The position numbers were made by a program, and so were the translations under genes. The notes beneath the pieces were generated by a model. It was given only the letters and a program-made list of their open reading frames with translations, had not been told where the DNA came from and searched no databases. A DNA stretch of 64,000 nucleotides from Sphaerodactylus townsendi (Eukaryota): the NCBI RefSeq assembly GCF_021028975.2, contig NC_059435.1, positions 78,616,001 through 78,680,000 of the forward strand, given 5' to 3'. Shown here piece by piece: positions 1-21,078 of this stretch. Each line of letters starts with the position of its first letter. Position 1 is the first letter of the stretch.

Positions 1-293
1 TTACAATCACCTTGCCCTTTGCCCCTCACAACAAACACCCTGTGAGGTAGGTGGGGCAGAGAGAGCTCCGAGAAGCTGTGACTAGCCCAAGGTCACCCAG
101 CTGGCATGTGTGGGAGTGCACAGGCTAATCTGAATTCCCCAGATAAGCCTCCACAACTCAAGCGGCAGAGCTGGGAATCAAACCCAGTTCCTCCAGATCA
201 GAGTGCACCTGCTCTTAGCCACTGCTCTTAGCCACTACACCACTGCAGCTCCTTATCCACTACGCCACTGCTCTTAGCCACTACACCACTGCA
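1..293 (-). mobile_element. Squam3-like tRNA-derived SINE (3' end cut by the window edge) with reiterated A-box
   Basis: The minus strand reads TGGTGTAGTGG (A box, repeated), then GGTTTGATTCCC (B box), then the GTGACCTTGGGCTAGTCACAG core shared with the other copies in this window. Confidence 0.8.
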
Positions 294-298
294 CGAGC

Positions 299-388
299 CA
301 GTGGCGTACCTAGGCACACAGTTTCGTCATGTGGAGGGGGGTGCCAATTGCTCCACGTGATGAAACTGCATGTGCCCAAGCCACGCTG
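299..388. mobile_element. Degenerate palindromic MITE-like element
   Basis: Starts with CAGTGGCGTACCTAGG. Inverted arms are CAGTTTCGTCATGTGGAG and CTCCACGTGATGAAACTG. Confidence 0.45.
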
Positions 389-1142
389 ATCCAGGCTTTT
401 GTAACCTCGTGGATGAGCTGCTGCCTCCTGCGTTATGATGGGTGGCCCTTGGAGGCAGAAGGTGGTACTGAATCCCTGCAAAGGGCAGCATCTCCGGCCC
501 ATCTGGCAGCAGCTCCCTCGGCTGACAGCAGGTCCCACCCCAGGTCTCCTGGCGCCCTTCACAGCTCACGTCTGAAGGACCAGCTTGGCTCCCCCCCCCC
601 CCATGTGCCAGGCTTGGACCTCCGGCTGTTTAAAGCCCCCCCCCCCCGGCACCACCCAGAGCCCCCGCCTTCTCTGCTGCACCCCCCAGTTTATGGAAGG
701 GGCTTTCCAGGGAGGGAGGGAGGGAGGGAGGGAGGGGCGCTGCCTCGAGGCAGTTCCTTTGCTGGGCTGTGCCATTTTACTATGGTGGGAAAGGGTTGGG
801 CCTAAACCAATGAATTGGGGCTGAGGAGAGGGCCCCCAGGGCGGCCACAGGGACCCTGCAGGCGCAGGTGGACTGAGTGGGTGGGCTTCTGCTCCCCTCA
901 GGCCTCGCTCAGCAAGGAACTGATGGGCAAAGTTGGGGCATGGGGCATGGGGGTACAAATTGGCTGTGGGTGGGCAGAGCAGCCTTGGTGGCACAAGGGG
1001 GGGGGGTTCCTTCGTGCAGGGAGGGGGGATGAAGGCCTGCCATCCGCTGACATTTCCCCTCCCCTGACCTCCCCCTCCCCTGCTGGGGGGGGCAGTTCAG
1101 ACCCTTACTGATTCAGCCCTCCTTCTGCTGCTGCTGTTGCAG

Positions 1143-3065
1143 GGGACATCGGGGGCCAGATGGGGCTGTTCATCGGGGCCAGCCTGCTCACCATCCTGGA
1201 GATCTTGGACTACCTGTATGAAGTGAGTAGGCCTGGCTGGCTGGCTGGGGCCACTGGAGTGGGCGGGGCCGGCGCCCCTCAGCCTGGCACCTGGGCTGCG
1301 GCAAGTAGGAGTAGCTGTTCTGCTAGGTGAGGCCCAGTCTGGGGGGGCAGGCGGCAGGTGAGAGGAGGGCCACAGTGGAAGCCGCTAGCCCCTCTCCCTA
1401 AACCCAAAGGAGAGGTGACCAGCCCAGGTCTTTGTCGGGCACACACTGCTTGAGCACGAGGGGGGGGGGCAGAAGAGCGCAGGTGGTTGGAAGGACTCGG
1501 GCCAGGCAGTGCTGGACTCCATCCGACGTGCCCCCTGCGGGCGGACCCCAAGAGGAGAGCTGCTGGGGCTCAAGGCAGCCAGGAAGTTGCCCTCGTCTCC
1601 CCCACCGTAGCTTGAGACACTGAAGGGCATCAAAGAAGCACTCTGGACATGGTCAGAGCACGGCTGAGCCCAGCCCTCGGCCCTCTTCTCTGCCCTCTGC
1701 CAGGTGCTGCGGGAGAAACTGCTCATCTTCTACCAGGGCAGGAAACAGGCGGGAAACGGCAATGAGGACGACCTGGTAAAGGGGGGGGGGGAGGGCCTCC
1801 CCACTGGTCCCGGCAGGGACTGGAAGCCTCTGGAGGAGAAGGTGGGAGAGGCAGGGGGCCACCCCCTTCACCTCCCCAGCGTGGCACAGTGGGAGGGAGG
1901 CACAAGCCGGCCCTCCGGCCTCAGCCAGACTGCAAGGGTCCTTCCTTCTCCCGCTGCTCTGGCTGGGGGTGGGAGGGGGGAGAGCCACCAGGCAGCTCGT
2001 TGCCCTCCCATTGCCTTCTCTTCCCTTGATGATGGGTGGCCTCCCCCCACCCTGCTCCGGCCCCACTGGGTTGGGACCATTTGCTGCCACATTCCCCACC
2101 TAATCTTTGTTTCTCTCTGCATCCCATCCTCCCCCACCCCCCCCTCTTGCATCTCATCTGCACCAGGAGTACCCGGACCTCCCATGCAGCCCGGGCAGGC
2201 CCCCGCCCCAGACTGCCAGGTAGCTCTTCTCCTGGAGGCATCTCCTGCTTCTCTGCAGCTGGGGGGGAGGGGGGGCTCCCAGGGCGATCAGGCTGTGTGG
2301 CTGAAGCCGCAGGGCACTCCAGTCTGGGTGGGCGGGTGCTGCCAAAAACTGAGAGCCAGTCCTGGTTGCCAGAGGGCGTGGAGGTGGGTGAACCCTGAAA
2401 GCCAAAGGTCAGCCCTTGGAGACAAGACATTCCTCAGGTGGGCTACAGAACCCCCCCCCCCACACACACGCCAATAGCCTAGACCAGTGGTTCTCAACCT
2501 TCCTAATGCCACGACCCTTTAATGCAATTCCTCATGTTGTGGTGACCCCCAACCCTAACATGTATCCATTTTACAGATGGAGAACACTGATGCAGAGAGT
2601 CTTAGGCGACCCCTGGGAAAGGGTCGTTCGACCCCCACGTTGAGAACCACTGGCCGAGACCTCCAGTCCAGGGGTCTTTGCTCTCCTGGCCTCTCTGCAC
2701 GAGCCCTGTTTCAGTGCTGGGCTTTGCAGCGGGGAACTGAAGCGCCCCCCCGGGGGGGTGGGGGGAGCTAGTTCTACTCCCAGGAATTTCCCCACTTTTA
2801 CCCCCGGACTCCAGCATGAACATTAGAGCCTAATTTGTGCCGGATCATCCGCACCCCCGCACCCCCGCACCCCCACTCACAACTGGCACTGCTGTGGAAC
2901 GTGGGGGTGGGACGAGCAGGGCGGGGAGGCTAAGCCAACATTCAAAATACCCCTCCTCCTTATTCATGCCTGCTCTTCTTCCCTAGGGCACCTGCCCCCA
3001 GCTGCGTAGCCACTCGGACACTGTCGGATCCACCCCGGACGCGCTACCTCATCACACGACTTTAA
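1143..3065 (+). CDS. ASIC3: Acid-sensing ion channel 3, last four coding exons (5' part lies outside the window)
   Basis: Exons 1143-1222 ([27 protein letters not shown]; TM2 with the GAS belt), 1704-1775 ([24 protein letters not shown]), 2167-2219 ([17 protein letters not shown]) and 2987-3065 ([26 protein letters not shown]). All introns are GT-AG with consistent phases. The C-terminus matches ASIC3 (mammalian ...SHRTCYLVTQL/VTRL PDZ ligand), and the gene lies tail-to-tail with CDK5 as in mammals. Confidence 0.93.
2485..2652 (-). mobile_element. SPIN/URR1-like non-autonomous hAT element
   Basis: TIRs CAGTGGTTCTCAAC...GTTGAGAACCACTG with an 8-bp TSD GCCTAGAC/GCCGAGAC. The subterminal CCTTCCTAATGCC.CGACCCTTTAAT...CCTCATGTTGTGGTGACCCCCAACC matches the SPIN/URR1 ends as recalled. 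Confidence 0.85.
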
Positions 3066-3617
3066 GCGACTTGGAGGAATGGCTTTCTGAAGGGGCATCC
3101 AGCCGCCCCCCCCCCCCCCCCCCCCCCCCCCACCCCCCCCCCCGGCATGCAGTCTCCTGTTTGGTGGGGGGGAGAGCAAGGAGAACAGTCACCCTTCTGT
3201 GCGATCACTGCCTGTGCAACAAAGAAACACCCCCGGATGCAGGGGCCGGATAGTCAAAGTTCAGGGCAAACAGCAGGGGGCTGGCAGAGGTCCAAGAAGC
3301 ATTTTATAGAATTCACAAATATTCACAACAATCCCAATCTGCGCCCCCACCCCCACCCCCCCACCGAGGCACAGCCAAATACTGAACATGCTTGGAAGAG
3401 GTGATTGCGGGGGAGGGGGGACCGGGAAGTAGAGCAACAGGGGAGGGGGAGGGGGCGAGCTGCCCCACCCACCCCGCCCCAGGCTCCATCAGGATATCCT
3501 TCCCGTTGGCCCCATCCCAGTGGCAGCTTCAGAGCCCCCCCTCCCCCGGTCCAATGAGTGACTTGGGGGGCTTCTGAGCCAGGCCAGCCCCAGGAATGCC
3601 TCTGGCATGGCGAGCGC

Positions 3618-12109
<8,492 letters not shown>

Positions 12110-14056
12110 GGCTGGCTGCGGGCGCAAAGCCCCCGCCGGACCCTGCGCGCCCGCCCGCCCGCCCGCCTCCCTCTCTCTGGCCGGGTTGGGACTACGAATC
12201 CCGGCATGCACCCCGCGCGCCCTCCCGAGAGGCGCTGCGCGGCCCCAGCGGCCGGGCGAGGACTACAACTCCCGGCATGCACCGCCCCCCCCCGCCCGCC
12301 CTGCGCCCGGAGAGGAAGCCCAGCCCCCAAAGACGGCGGTTTCCGGGCGGAGCCTTTGCGGGTTGCGGGCAGGTGGGAAGCGGAAGGAGTCGGGCGCCTT
12401 TCGAGGGTGGCTGCCAACCTCCAGGCGGTGGCTGGGGATATCCCGGGGTCCTCATGGATCCCTTTCCCTGGAAGGGGACAGGGCCGCTCTGGACGGCGGA
12501 GTCCTCCGCTCATCTCCCCTCCGGCAGGACCCCCCCTGGAACTGGCAGCCCCCCCCCCCCCCGCGACCAGCCCCTCTGTCCAGTGCAGCCGGCCCCTGAT
12601 GGCCTCTCTGCGCACAGGGGCCGGCGATCCCAAGGGGGCGCAGGAGGGCCAAGGGGGGGGGGGTCGAGGTCTGCTGCAGGGGCCGTCCTGCCCTGGGCTG
12701 CGGCTCCGTCGGAAGAGCAGCCATCTGAGTTTGGTTTCCTGCTTGTTACAACAACATTTGGTGTGACCCCCCTCCGCCCCCCCCAAGAATCGCCCGGTCC
12801 TTTCCGACTATGATGCCTGCCCAGTGAGGCAAAGGAGCAAATCAGCCAAGGGGGGCGGGCCCCCAGAGCCAGCCTGCTCCAAGGCAGACCCAGAGGAGGC
12901 AGTGACAGGAACCCCCCCCCCCGCCTCCCATCTGCAGCCCCCAGACTTGAGCCACTTCAACACGTCATCGTTGGGACAGTCCCCTTTCTGGAGCTGTGAG
13001 GGCAGGCCTTGCCTCCTCTTCCACCCTCCACTCTCCAGCACCTGTCTGTGCCTCAGGTGTGTCTCCTTCCGGGCACTTTTCACCCAGTGTGGCTTGACTT
13101 GCCTGACCCCAAAACAGCTCCCATCGTCCCTGCTGCCTGCCTGAGTGGCCAGCAGATCTCCCAGGATTCCAGCTGATCTCCAGAGGACACTGAGGCCCCA
13201 CGACCCCCCTCCCTCCCCGCAAACCCAGAGTTGGCAGCCAGATGGCTGGAGCCCGGCTACGGGTGGATGGGGGTGGTGGCTGCATGTGGAGGTGCCAGCC
13301 CGCTAGCCGTGGGGGGCGTTGGTTCTGCCAGCCTGGGCTCCTCAGAAAACAAGGTGAAGTAGATAGCTGGAGGGGCCGTTTATTCCAGAGTAAATGTCAG
13401 GAGCTGGAGCTGATAGCCGGTTGCGAGCGACAGAGAAGTGGCTCCAGAGAGAGGCCGGTTCTCAGGGCAGTCTGGAGGGCCCATTTGCAGGAGTCAGCTG
13501 TTGGTGCCCGGCATGCGTACGTACCACAGTCAGGAAAGAGGCATGTTGGGCCAGGCCCGTGGCCTCCTCCACCCACGCATTCCTGGTGGTTGCTTCCTGT
13601 ACACGAGGTCATGCAACCAAGGGCATGAACTCTCGCTCCACTGGAAGTCAAGAACTGTGTCAGAAGTACTTGGTGCCAGGCCGGAGGCGGCTACGCTTGG
13701 ATTGCAGGTTCACACCTTTGACAAATCTGGACTTTTGGCGCCAAGCCTGAGACCCAGTTTGAACATGATGCTGGTGAGCTCTGCCCTGGTGAGCTTTCGT
13801 GCACCTGTCGCCTGGGTCAACCTGGGCTTGCGCAGCTGCATGGGCCAGAGAGCCATCCGTCGCTGGTCAGGTGCAGTACGCAGGTGTGCCTCTCGCACAC
13901 AGGTGAATGCAATGCTGACAAGGCAGGCTTTTATTTATTATTTTATTCACATGATTTATGGGAGGCCTTTCTCACTCAGACTCAAGGCGGATTACGTGGA
14001 GTGAGTCAACCGAATCAACAAAATGGGACATTCAGTGAATAATGAAATAGGGTTTA

Positions 14057-14371
14057 GGAGAAGAGGAGGTTGCATTTATACCCTCCCCCTTTTCTGTTTT
14101 GCAAGGAGACTCAAGGCGGCTTACAAGCTCCTTTCCATTCCCCCCCTTGCCCCCTCCCACAAGTAACACCCTGCGAGGTGGGCGGGGCTGAGAGATGTCT
14201 GAAGAACCCTGACTAGCCCCAAGGCCACCAAGCAGGAATGCAAGGGTGCGGAAACACACCTGACTCACCAGATAAGACTCCACTGCTCCTGGGGACGAGT
14301 GGGGAATCAAACCCAGCTCTCCAGAGGAGAGTCCACCTGCTCTTCTTACCCACAACACCAGGCTGGCTCTC
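14057..14371 (-). mobile_element. Squam3-like SINE
   Basis: The minus strand starts GAGAGCCAGCCTGGTG and has the B box GGTTTGATTCCC and a CT-rich tail. Confidence 0.8.
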
Positions 14372-14739
14372 AAGGCTGTAGAACCAACCAGAAGTCTACA
14401 TACTTCTCAAAAATTAAGAACTGAAGAGAAGCATAAGTGACATGTCTAATGATGCAAAATAACAGGACCCCGGGGATCCACAGTCGGCTGGCCCCCCGCA
14501 GTTTCTCCTTGTGACGCTGCCTGCTGAGCGCTGCCAGTGCCTACCCTCCCGCCTGCCCAGAAAAGCCCCCTCCAGTCCTCCAGTGTGTAGAAAGCCAGGT
14601 GACCTCTTCAGGCCGGCTGGGGCCACAGCAGAGAAGGCCCCGGCGCCCGGTCTCATTTGCTCTGTACCATGATGTCAGGGGCAGTTTCCCCTCTGTTGAC
14701 CACATGAAGTGCCCCCCCCCCCTCAGCCTGGCCTGCAGC

Positions 14740-16760
14740 GGGAGTGACCGGCCGGGAGCTCGGCCCAGCCCCCAGGCCATGCTGCTGCTGCTGCCGGCCG
14801 GGCGGCCCCAGGCAGGGCGAGAGGGCGCGCAGCGAGGGCAGGAGCGGCCCTGGCCCTCTGGGCGATCTTGCTGGTCTCGCATCGGGCGCTGGGCCCGGCG
14901 GCACATCTGGCCGGAGCCTCTGGCTGCCTGGCGCTCCCAGCGAGTCCGGCTCGCTCGGCCTGCCCTTTGCTCGGGCGCCCCGGCGGAAGGAGAAGGGCGC
15001 TCGCCACGGGCCAGGCTCTGCAGGCAGCGCGGACGACGGCCGGCCGGCCGGCCAGCCCCTCCCCTCCCCTCCCCTCCTCCAGACTCGGGCTGGGCGGGGG
15101 TGGGGTGGGGGGGGCGTCTTTCTGAAGGAGCTGCATGGCTGGAGCCCCCCGGGCCTTCCAGAGCGGGCTTTGCACGGGACGAACCGGGGGGGGGGCTCAT
15201 TCCCACGCTCTTGGGGGCGCAGCCGGCTCGGGAAGCTGCCCCTCCGCACCCCAACGCAGGGCCGGCCGACGCCTCTGGGCGGGTGAGGAGAGCCCTGCCC
15301 TCTCGGAGGCCCCGGGGCCCCCACCCTCCACGCCTGGGCCGGCCGCCGGGGCGGGGCTTGCCGGCCCTGGGCTGGGCTGCCGTGCACGTGGCGGCGGCGC
15401 GCGGCACCCTGACGCATGCGCGCCCGGAGGAGCGGGGCTCGACCGGCGGCTCCCAAGTGCGCCCCCCGAGGTGCTGCGCTGCCCAGGGGTGAGTGCCGCG
15501 GGCGGGCATGTCGGGCGGGGAGGGGGCCGCCCTGCGTCCTCCTGGCCCGGCTGGCCGGGGCGCTCTGCGTGCGCTCAGAGGCACTCTGGGCCGCGGGACC
15601 TCCCCCTCAGCCTGGCCGTCGCCCGCTTGCTGCTGTCCCCCCCCCGGCGCTCCCAGCTCCAGCGGGCTGCTAGGCTCCTCCTAGCCGGAGCTGCTGCTGG
15701 GCGCCCGGGAGGGGTGGGAGCCGCCCCGGGGCTGCAGGCTTCCTCTGGCCGCCTGGCTCGCCGGGTCGGGACTAGGGCCGTTCGGACACTGGCCCTGCGC
15801 CCGCGGGAGGGGGAGGAGCGCCGGTCAGTGGCCCGGCTGGGGGGGGGGCGCCGGGCGGGGCTGGGCCTTCCTGGCCGCAGGCAGCGGCTGCTGAGGACGT
15901 GCCGATCAGCGGCGGGCGCACGGAGGCGGGCGGCCATCCGCAAGAAGCCGCCCGGCCGGTGGCGGAGGGAGGGAGGGAGGGAGGGAGGGAGGGGGCGCCC
16001 GCCGAGGAGCTGCAGCCACCCGTCGGCCGCCAGCGGCGCTGAGCGCCCCCCCCCCGCCCTCCCCCCCGGAGCTGGAGCGCGCCCGGGAAGGAGGGGGCCT
16101 CAACTCCTCCGGGGCGCAGGGTGGGTGGGCCGCCCGAGCCCCTCCCCTGGACCAGCCGCGCCCCCCGTCCGGCCAGCTGTGCTGCAGGTTCTTCTCTGGT
16201 CCTGCTGATGCAGATCTCCCCCGGACTGGGACCCCCCCCCCCGCTCTATTTCGGGCCCCGAAGAGGGCGGGCGGGACTCTTGCTGGCTTGACGCTTCCCG
16301 AAGTCCCGGTGAGCGCCGCCGCCACCTCTGCACGCGCCTTGGGGGGGAGGGGGGGTGCGGGAGGCGCAGTTTGCTGGGGCAGTGGCCCCCCACCCTCGGA
16401 GCGAGCCCAGGGGCCGACCGTGCCGCAGTGGTCATTCCACCTGTCGGTGAAAAAGGACCCTGGCGGGGCTCCTGGGGGTCTGGGAGGGGCTACTGCGCCC
16501 CCCCCCCAAGCGTCTCCAGTGGGCAGCCCCTCTTCCGATGCTTCCGGCTGCAGCCTTGGCCACTGGGCGTGCGGGGGGCGGGGCGGGTGCGAACCCCAGT
16601 CCAGCAGCACATGGGGGGGGAGGTCAACGACCTTGCCCGGCTTGACCGCCTGCTGATCCCTTTGATGGCTGCCCAAACGAGCCCCCCCCCCCCCGCAGGC
16701 ACCTCAGCCCAGAGCTTCCCAAGACTGCGGGGCACCCCGGGTGTCTGGGGGCGGGCACTG
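14740..16760. promoter_or_regulatory. Second large CpG island with no recognisable coding exon (possible distal SLC4A2 first exon or lncRNA promoter)
   Basis: About 2 kb of CpG-rich sequence with many GGGCGG boxes. The overlapping ORFs are Gly/Ala/Arg/Pro low-complexity. Confidence 0.6.
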
Positions 16761-17097
16761 CTTTTTGTGTTTCCTGTCTGTGGGCACTGACCCGCCCCCA
16801 GCTCGTTTCACCCTTAAAACTCATTGCTGCTGGAGGTGAGGGGGGGCTCAAGGCTCCCCCCCCAGTGCAGGGCTTGCTGCTGAAGGTGGAAGGGCTTCAG
16901 TGCGTGGCCTCTGCTCAAGGCCAGACTGGCCCGGCTTCCCACCCCCCACCCCCTTGAGATGGGCCTGGCTCCCGCTCGGTCTCATTGCCGGCAGGTCTTG
17001 TGCCGCCCCATCTGTTTACTGAGCCAGCCTCACCCTCTGGACCTGAGGGACAGACAGAGCCGCCATTCTGGCCCAGTTGGGTGGGGGGGGGGGTAAG

Positions 17098-17099
17098 GA

Positions 17100-17167
<68 letters not shown>

Positions 17168-17168
17168 A
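17098..17168. repeat. (GAAA)n microsatellite
   Basis: Read directly from the sequence. Confidence 0.97.
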
Positions 17169-17964
17169 CAGCTTTGCCAAGGGTGCCAGAGGACTGTGGG
17201 GGCAAGGGAGGGGGCGCGGTGCAACATTGCGTTTGGGGAGTGGGGATCTCTGGGCCCGGGGCCTCTTTCCCCAGGATGCCAGTTGCCTCTTTGGCTTCCT
17301 TGGCTGTGAATATCAAGGGGGGGGCACGTATTTCAGTGGACTCCCCCCCACCCTTCAGTCTCTCCAGGGCAAAACAGTGGAGAAATTGGGGAAACTATCA
17401 GAAAAAACCCTGTGAGACATTTTCCCTTTTAGAGAGGGTGGGATGCTTCTTAAGATAGGCTTCTTTCTCTCAAAATGACTACCATGAAAAAGGGCGGGGG
17501 CTGGTTCAGTTTTTCCTAGCGGGGGGGGGGGGGACATTTTAGTGACTGTTTTTCTCTCCTTTGGAATTAATGAAATGAAAGGCAAGGAGGTTTCATGTCA
17601 AACCCGTAGGAGGAATGTTTTAATGTAACAGTCTACAATATTAGATAATGACGGTACCCATGAATACTGTAAATATGAACATTTTCAAGATGTTTTTGTT
17701 TTAAGTGTAAATGTTTGAATTAATGCACCATGATGTGTTCAGATATTCTACATTATTAAAGAGTCCCGTGTGTTCAGTGCTAAAGTTTAACTTATTGTCC
17801 AAATGTGTTGTTACTTGTGACTGTCCAAGAGCATTGCTGTGCAAATGAATTATTTCTACCTTCAACCTTGGGTTTTTTCGCTACCTCTCAGTTGGCAAAA
17901 ATTAAAGGTGCGCCCATGCGCTGCTCTCATGCGGGGGGGTACAGCCATTTGCAACTGGGTATCC

Positions 17965-18130
17965 TTCTTTCTTTCTCTTTCCCTCCACCTTATTCTCACA
18001 ACAACTCTGAGAGGCGGGTGAAGCACAGAGCTCTCTATGACTGGCCCCGTGTGCCACCCCGTGGCCTTCCGTGGCAGAGGGGGGATTCGAATCTGGGTCT
18101 CCCCTCCCAGATCCTACATCACACTGGCTT
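17965..18130 (-). mobile_element. Degenerate Squam3/MIR-like SINE fragment
   Basis: TTATTCTCACAACAACTCTGAGAGG...GGGATTCGAATCTGGGTCTCCC. Confidence 0.6.
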
Positions 18131-18229
18131 TCTACAATGCTTGGAATTCCAGTTACCTATAGGTTTCTTATAGAAAATGAAGACCTCATAAACACCACAA
18201 TTACTATGCTGGTACAGATGGCTTCAGAA

Positions 18230-18545
18230 TTCCAGGGTTGGCTGCCAGGCTGTTTCCGGGCACAGTTCAGAGTGTGGGTTCTTACCTATATGGCCATCAG
18301 TGGCTTGGGGTTTGATGTACTTGCTGTTTGCCCCCCCGCCCCCCCCCCCATATTGTCGAGCTTGCTGGTGATGCTCCCTCGCAAGTCCTTCTCTCTGGGC
18401 GCCCACCTGCAGGGGTGGGGGAAGTGTGGCAGCAACGGGGCTTTTTTGGCAGTGGTGCCTCCACTTCAGAACCCCTTTCCCTTTGAGACTTGCCTGGTGC
18501 TTTCCTGACTGTCCTTCAGGTGCCAAAACCCAGCCCTGTGGCTGA
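18230..18545 (+). mobile_element. L2-like LINE fragment
   Basis: WLPGCFRAQFRVWVLTYMAISGLG...AFLAVVPPL resembles the L2 ORF2 C-terminus (HWLP...FK...YKAL.GL.P). Confidence 0.65.
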
Positions 18546-20829
18546 GGGCTTCCACCTGAGCCTGTCATGCCTCTAAAAGTGCCAACCACAGAAGCAGGTG
18601 AAATGTCAGGAGCAAAAGCCGCCAGACCACAGCCACACAGCTCAGAAAACTCGCCACAGCCAGTTGATTATTCTGGCCATGCGAGTGCATATGTGGCTTC
18701 CGTCGTCCGGGAGGAGCCGTCCTTATGGTCTGTTCCCAGCCCGAGGTCTGCGCTATGGACACGCGTTGAGATGGCTCTGTTTGTTTTCACAGAGATCAGG
18801 GCTGCAACGAGCAAAAAACAGTGGCTGGCGCTTGAGGGAAAGTACTTATTGTCTGTACACCCCTGAGAGTTTGGCATGAATTCCGCCAAGGCAGGGGTGT
18901 GCGTGTGCGTGTAACTGCAAAAACAGTCTGCGTGTTCTTTTTCCTTTCTGAAGGAGCGTGGCATCCCCCTGGTGATGTGCATTTGAAACACCCAGGGGTG
19001 TGCAGACAGACAGTCCACGTCCTCCCTCCAGCAGTGCTGTTCTGTTGAGTTTCCTCTGTTCTGAATGGACTTGGCTTATTTTCGTACGTTGATTTGTTCT
19101 CGTTGTCTGGACTGGTTTTGCGTTGCAGGATGAGCTGTGGGCTGCCTGGGGCAGTTTGGAGAGATGGCAAATAGATTTCCTGAAGAGAGAATGAGAAATG
19201 TGTAGGATATCTTGTCCACGTTGTTGCTTCTCTCCCTGTGTGTCGCATGGTGTGTGGTCTGGATTGCGTGATTCAGTCGGTGGTGGGTTGGTGGCCAGCC
19301 CCGTTCTCTCAGAGGTCTCTTTCCAGGGCCAGATGAAGGGACCTCAAGAGACCCTCCCCGGTGCTGATGTGGCCATTTTGAGGTGGGGACCAGAATCACC
19401 GCCCCTGAGCAGGAGCTTCCTTAGCTGGTGAGGAAACCCCAGCCGGGCTTTTCCATCTGCTGCGGTTCCCTGCCGGGGACGGGGGCTGAGGCCTGCTGCC
19501 TGCATCGCTGGCTGTGGGCAGGTCTTGTGGCTTGCCCTTCTGGCCTAGATAACTTCTTGACTTTGAGTTTCAGGAAGGACTTCTGGTTCCCACACCCAGT
19601 GGGAGGATCGTCTTGGAGGGTTTGTGGCGAAGGATTTCCTCTGCAGCTCCTTCCTTGATCCTTGCCTGTTCTGCTCTTTGTCTCAACTGAGGCTTTGGAG
19701 AGTTGAGAGGTGTGCGTGTGCGTGTGTAGGGGGGTTAACCTGGTCCAGCCCTCTCATCTAAGGGAGGAGGATGTGTCCTTAAAGCCAACACAACACCAAA
19801 GAAAAAGCCCCCACCTTGAAACCAGCATTTTTGTCCAGGTCTGTCTCTTCCCTTTTTTGAACATTCTGGTGGCTGTTCTAAAATCCCCCACAGTTCCGGT
19901 GAATCTGCTGAGAAGCTTGGACTGGACCACAATTCCGATTGCCACTAGACCGTTGTAGCACCCTGTTCGTGGGATTGCCCTTGACCACTGTTCTGGATGC
20001 AGCAGTGAAGACAGTGAGAGTGTCTAAGAGTGGGTGGCCAGCTGAGGGGGCCTTTTCAGGAGCGGGGGCTCCTCGTGCCCTTGGCTGCTCACCCTGATCT
20101 GGGGGCGGGGGGGGGGTGCTGACAGCAAGAGGGTGGCAGGAGACGAGCCCTTTCAACCACCTTGTTCTTTTATTTAGGATTGACCAGACTATGGCAGCAG
20201 GCTGGCAAAGGGCTCCCCAGTTTCTGCCTCTGAGGAGTGCTGAAATCTGGTGGAAACGATCGAAATGTTTAGCAAAGATGCCCCCCAAGTTCTAGTCAGA
20301 TCAGGATCCCGTGTTTTGAGAAGCCGTCTTGATCGCCACGCGTGCTTTATTGTCTCTGTCCTTTTCCAAGGTTTTGCTGGTAAGTCAGCATCATCGTGTT
20401 GAGGGTGGTCTTTATTTTCTGGTGTTCTTGGTTACTGAACCTCTGGCTTCTCAACTCAGCCCCACCAATATTGCTGTTTCCAGGTTGTTCATTCCAGGCA
20501 GTTTCACTTTGACCAAGGTCATGAACAGAACCACACAAGCAGGTAAAACAAATCCAGCCGGGGGCCGTGCCAGGACCCTTGTGGTTCTAGGGTGGATACC
20601 TGTCACCCTGTGGGTTTGGCCCTCCACCGGAGCTGGGGATGAAAGGAGGAGGGCATTTTGTCCCTGGGAAGGAGGGTTCTGAGGGGAGGAAAGGAGGCGG
20701 AAGCCATTTGGGCCGGGGGGGGGGGGGGGGAGAACGGGGGGGGGGGGGCTGAGGAGGAGCCTCTGGAGGGAGATCTGCAGTCTCACAAGAAGTCCAAACA
20801 AGCAGCAGCAGCAGCACGACCGCCTCCAC

Positions 20830-21030
20830 CTCAGAGAGCCACGATGTGGCTGGAAACGTGGACGGTGCTTTCTGCAACCTGCAAAGGACAACAGCAGAAT
20901 TTGCAGCACAGCTGGCTGAGCCACCTCTGAGAGGCCGCCAGTCTTGGCTTCTTGCTTATACAGGCTTTATAAAAGACAAAAGTTTGGCTCAAGAATTGTT
21001 GTTTGCAAGGCAAGGTCTCTCTCTGTGTGT

Positions 21031-21078
<48 letters not shown>

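Noticed and set aside
205-293. Short direct repeats resembling a CRISPR array, and tRNA-like A/B boxes
   Set aside because: Eukaryotic context with no spacers. These are SINE head reiterations, not CRISPR or true tRNA genes.
13640-13925. Coding-like composition between the CpG islands
   Set aside because: No recognisable homology and no consistent splice sites.
14541-16790. Long overlapping ORFs (250-360 aa) on both strands
   Set aside because: Gly/Ala/Arg/Pro low-complexity products expected from stop-poor CpG-island DNA, with no recognisable domain.
17480-17945. AT-rich block, possibly internal DNA transposon sequence (similar case at 54090-54450)
   Set aside because: No TIR/TSD pair could be established by eye.
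19040-20560. Possible ancient LINE or pseudogene remnants on the minus strand
   Set aside because: No motif could be identified with confidence.
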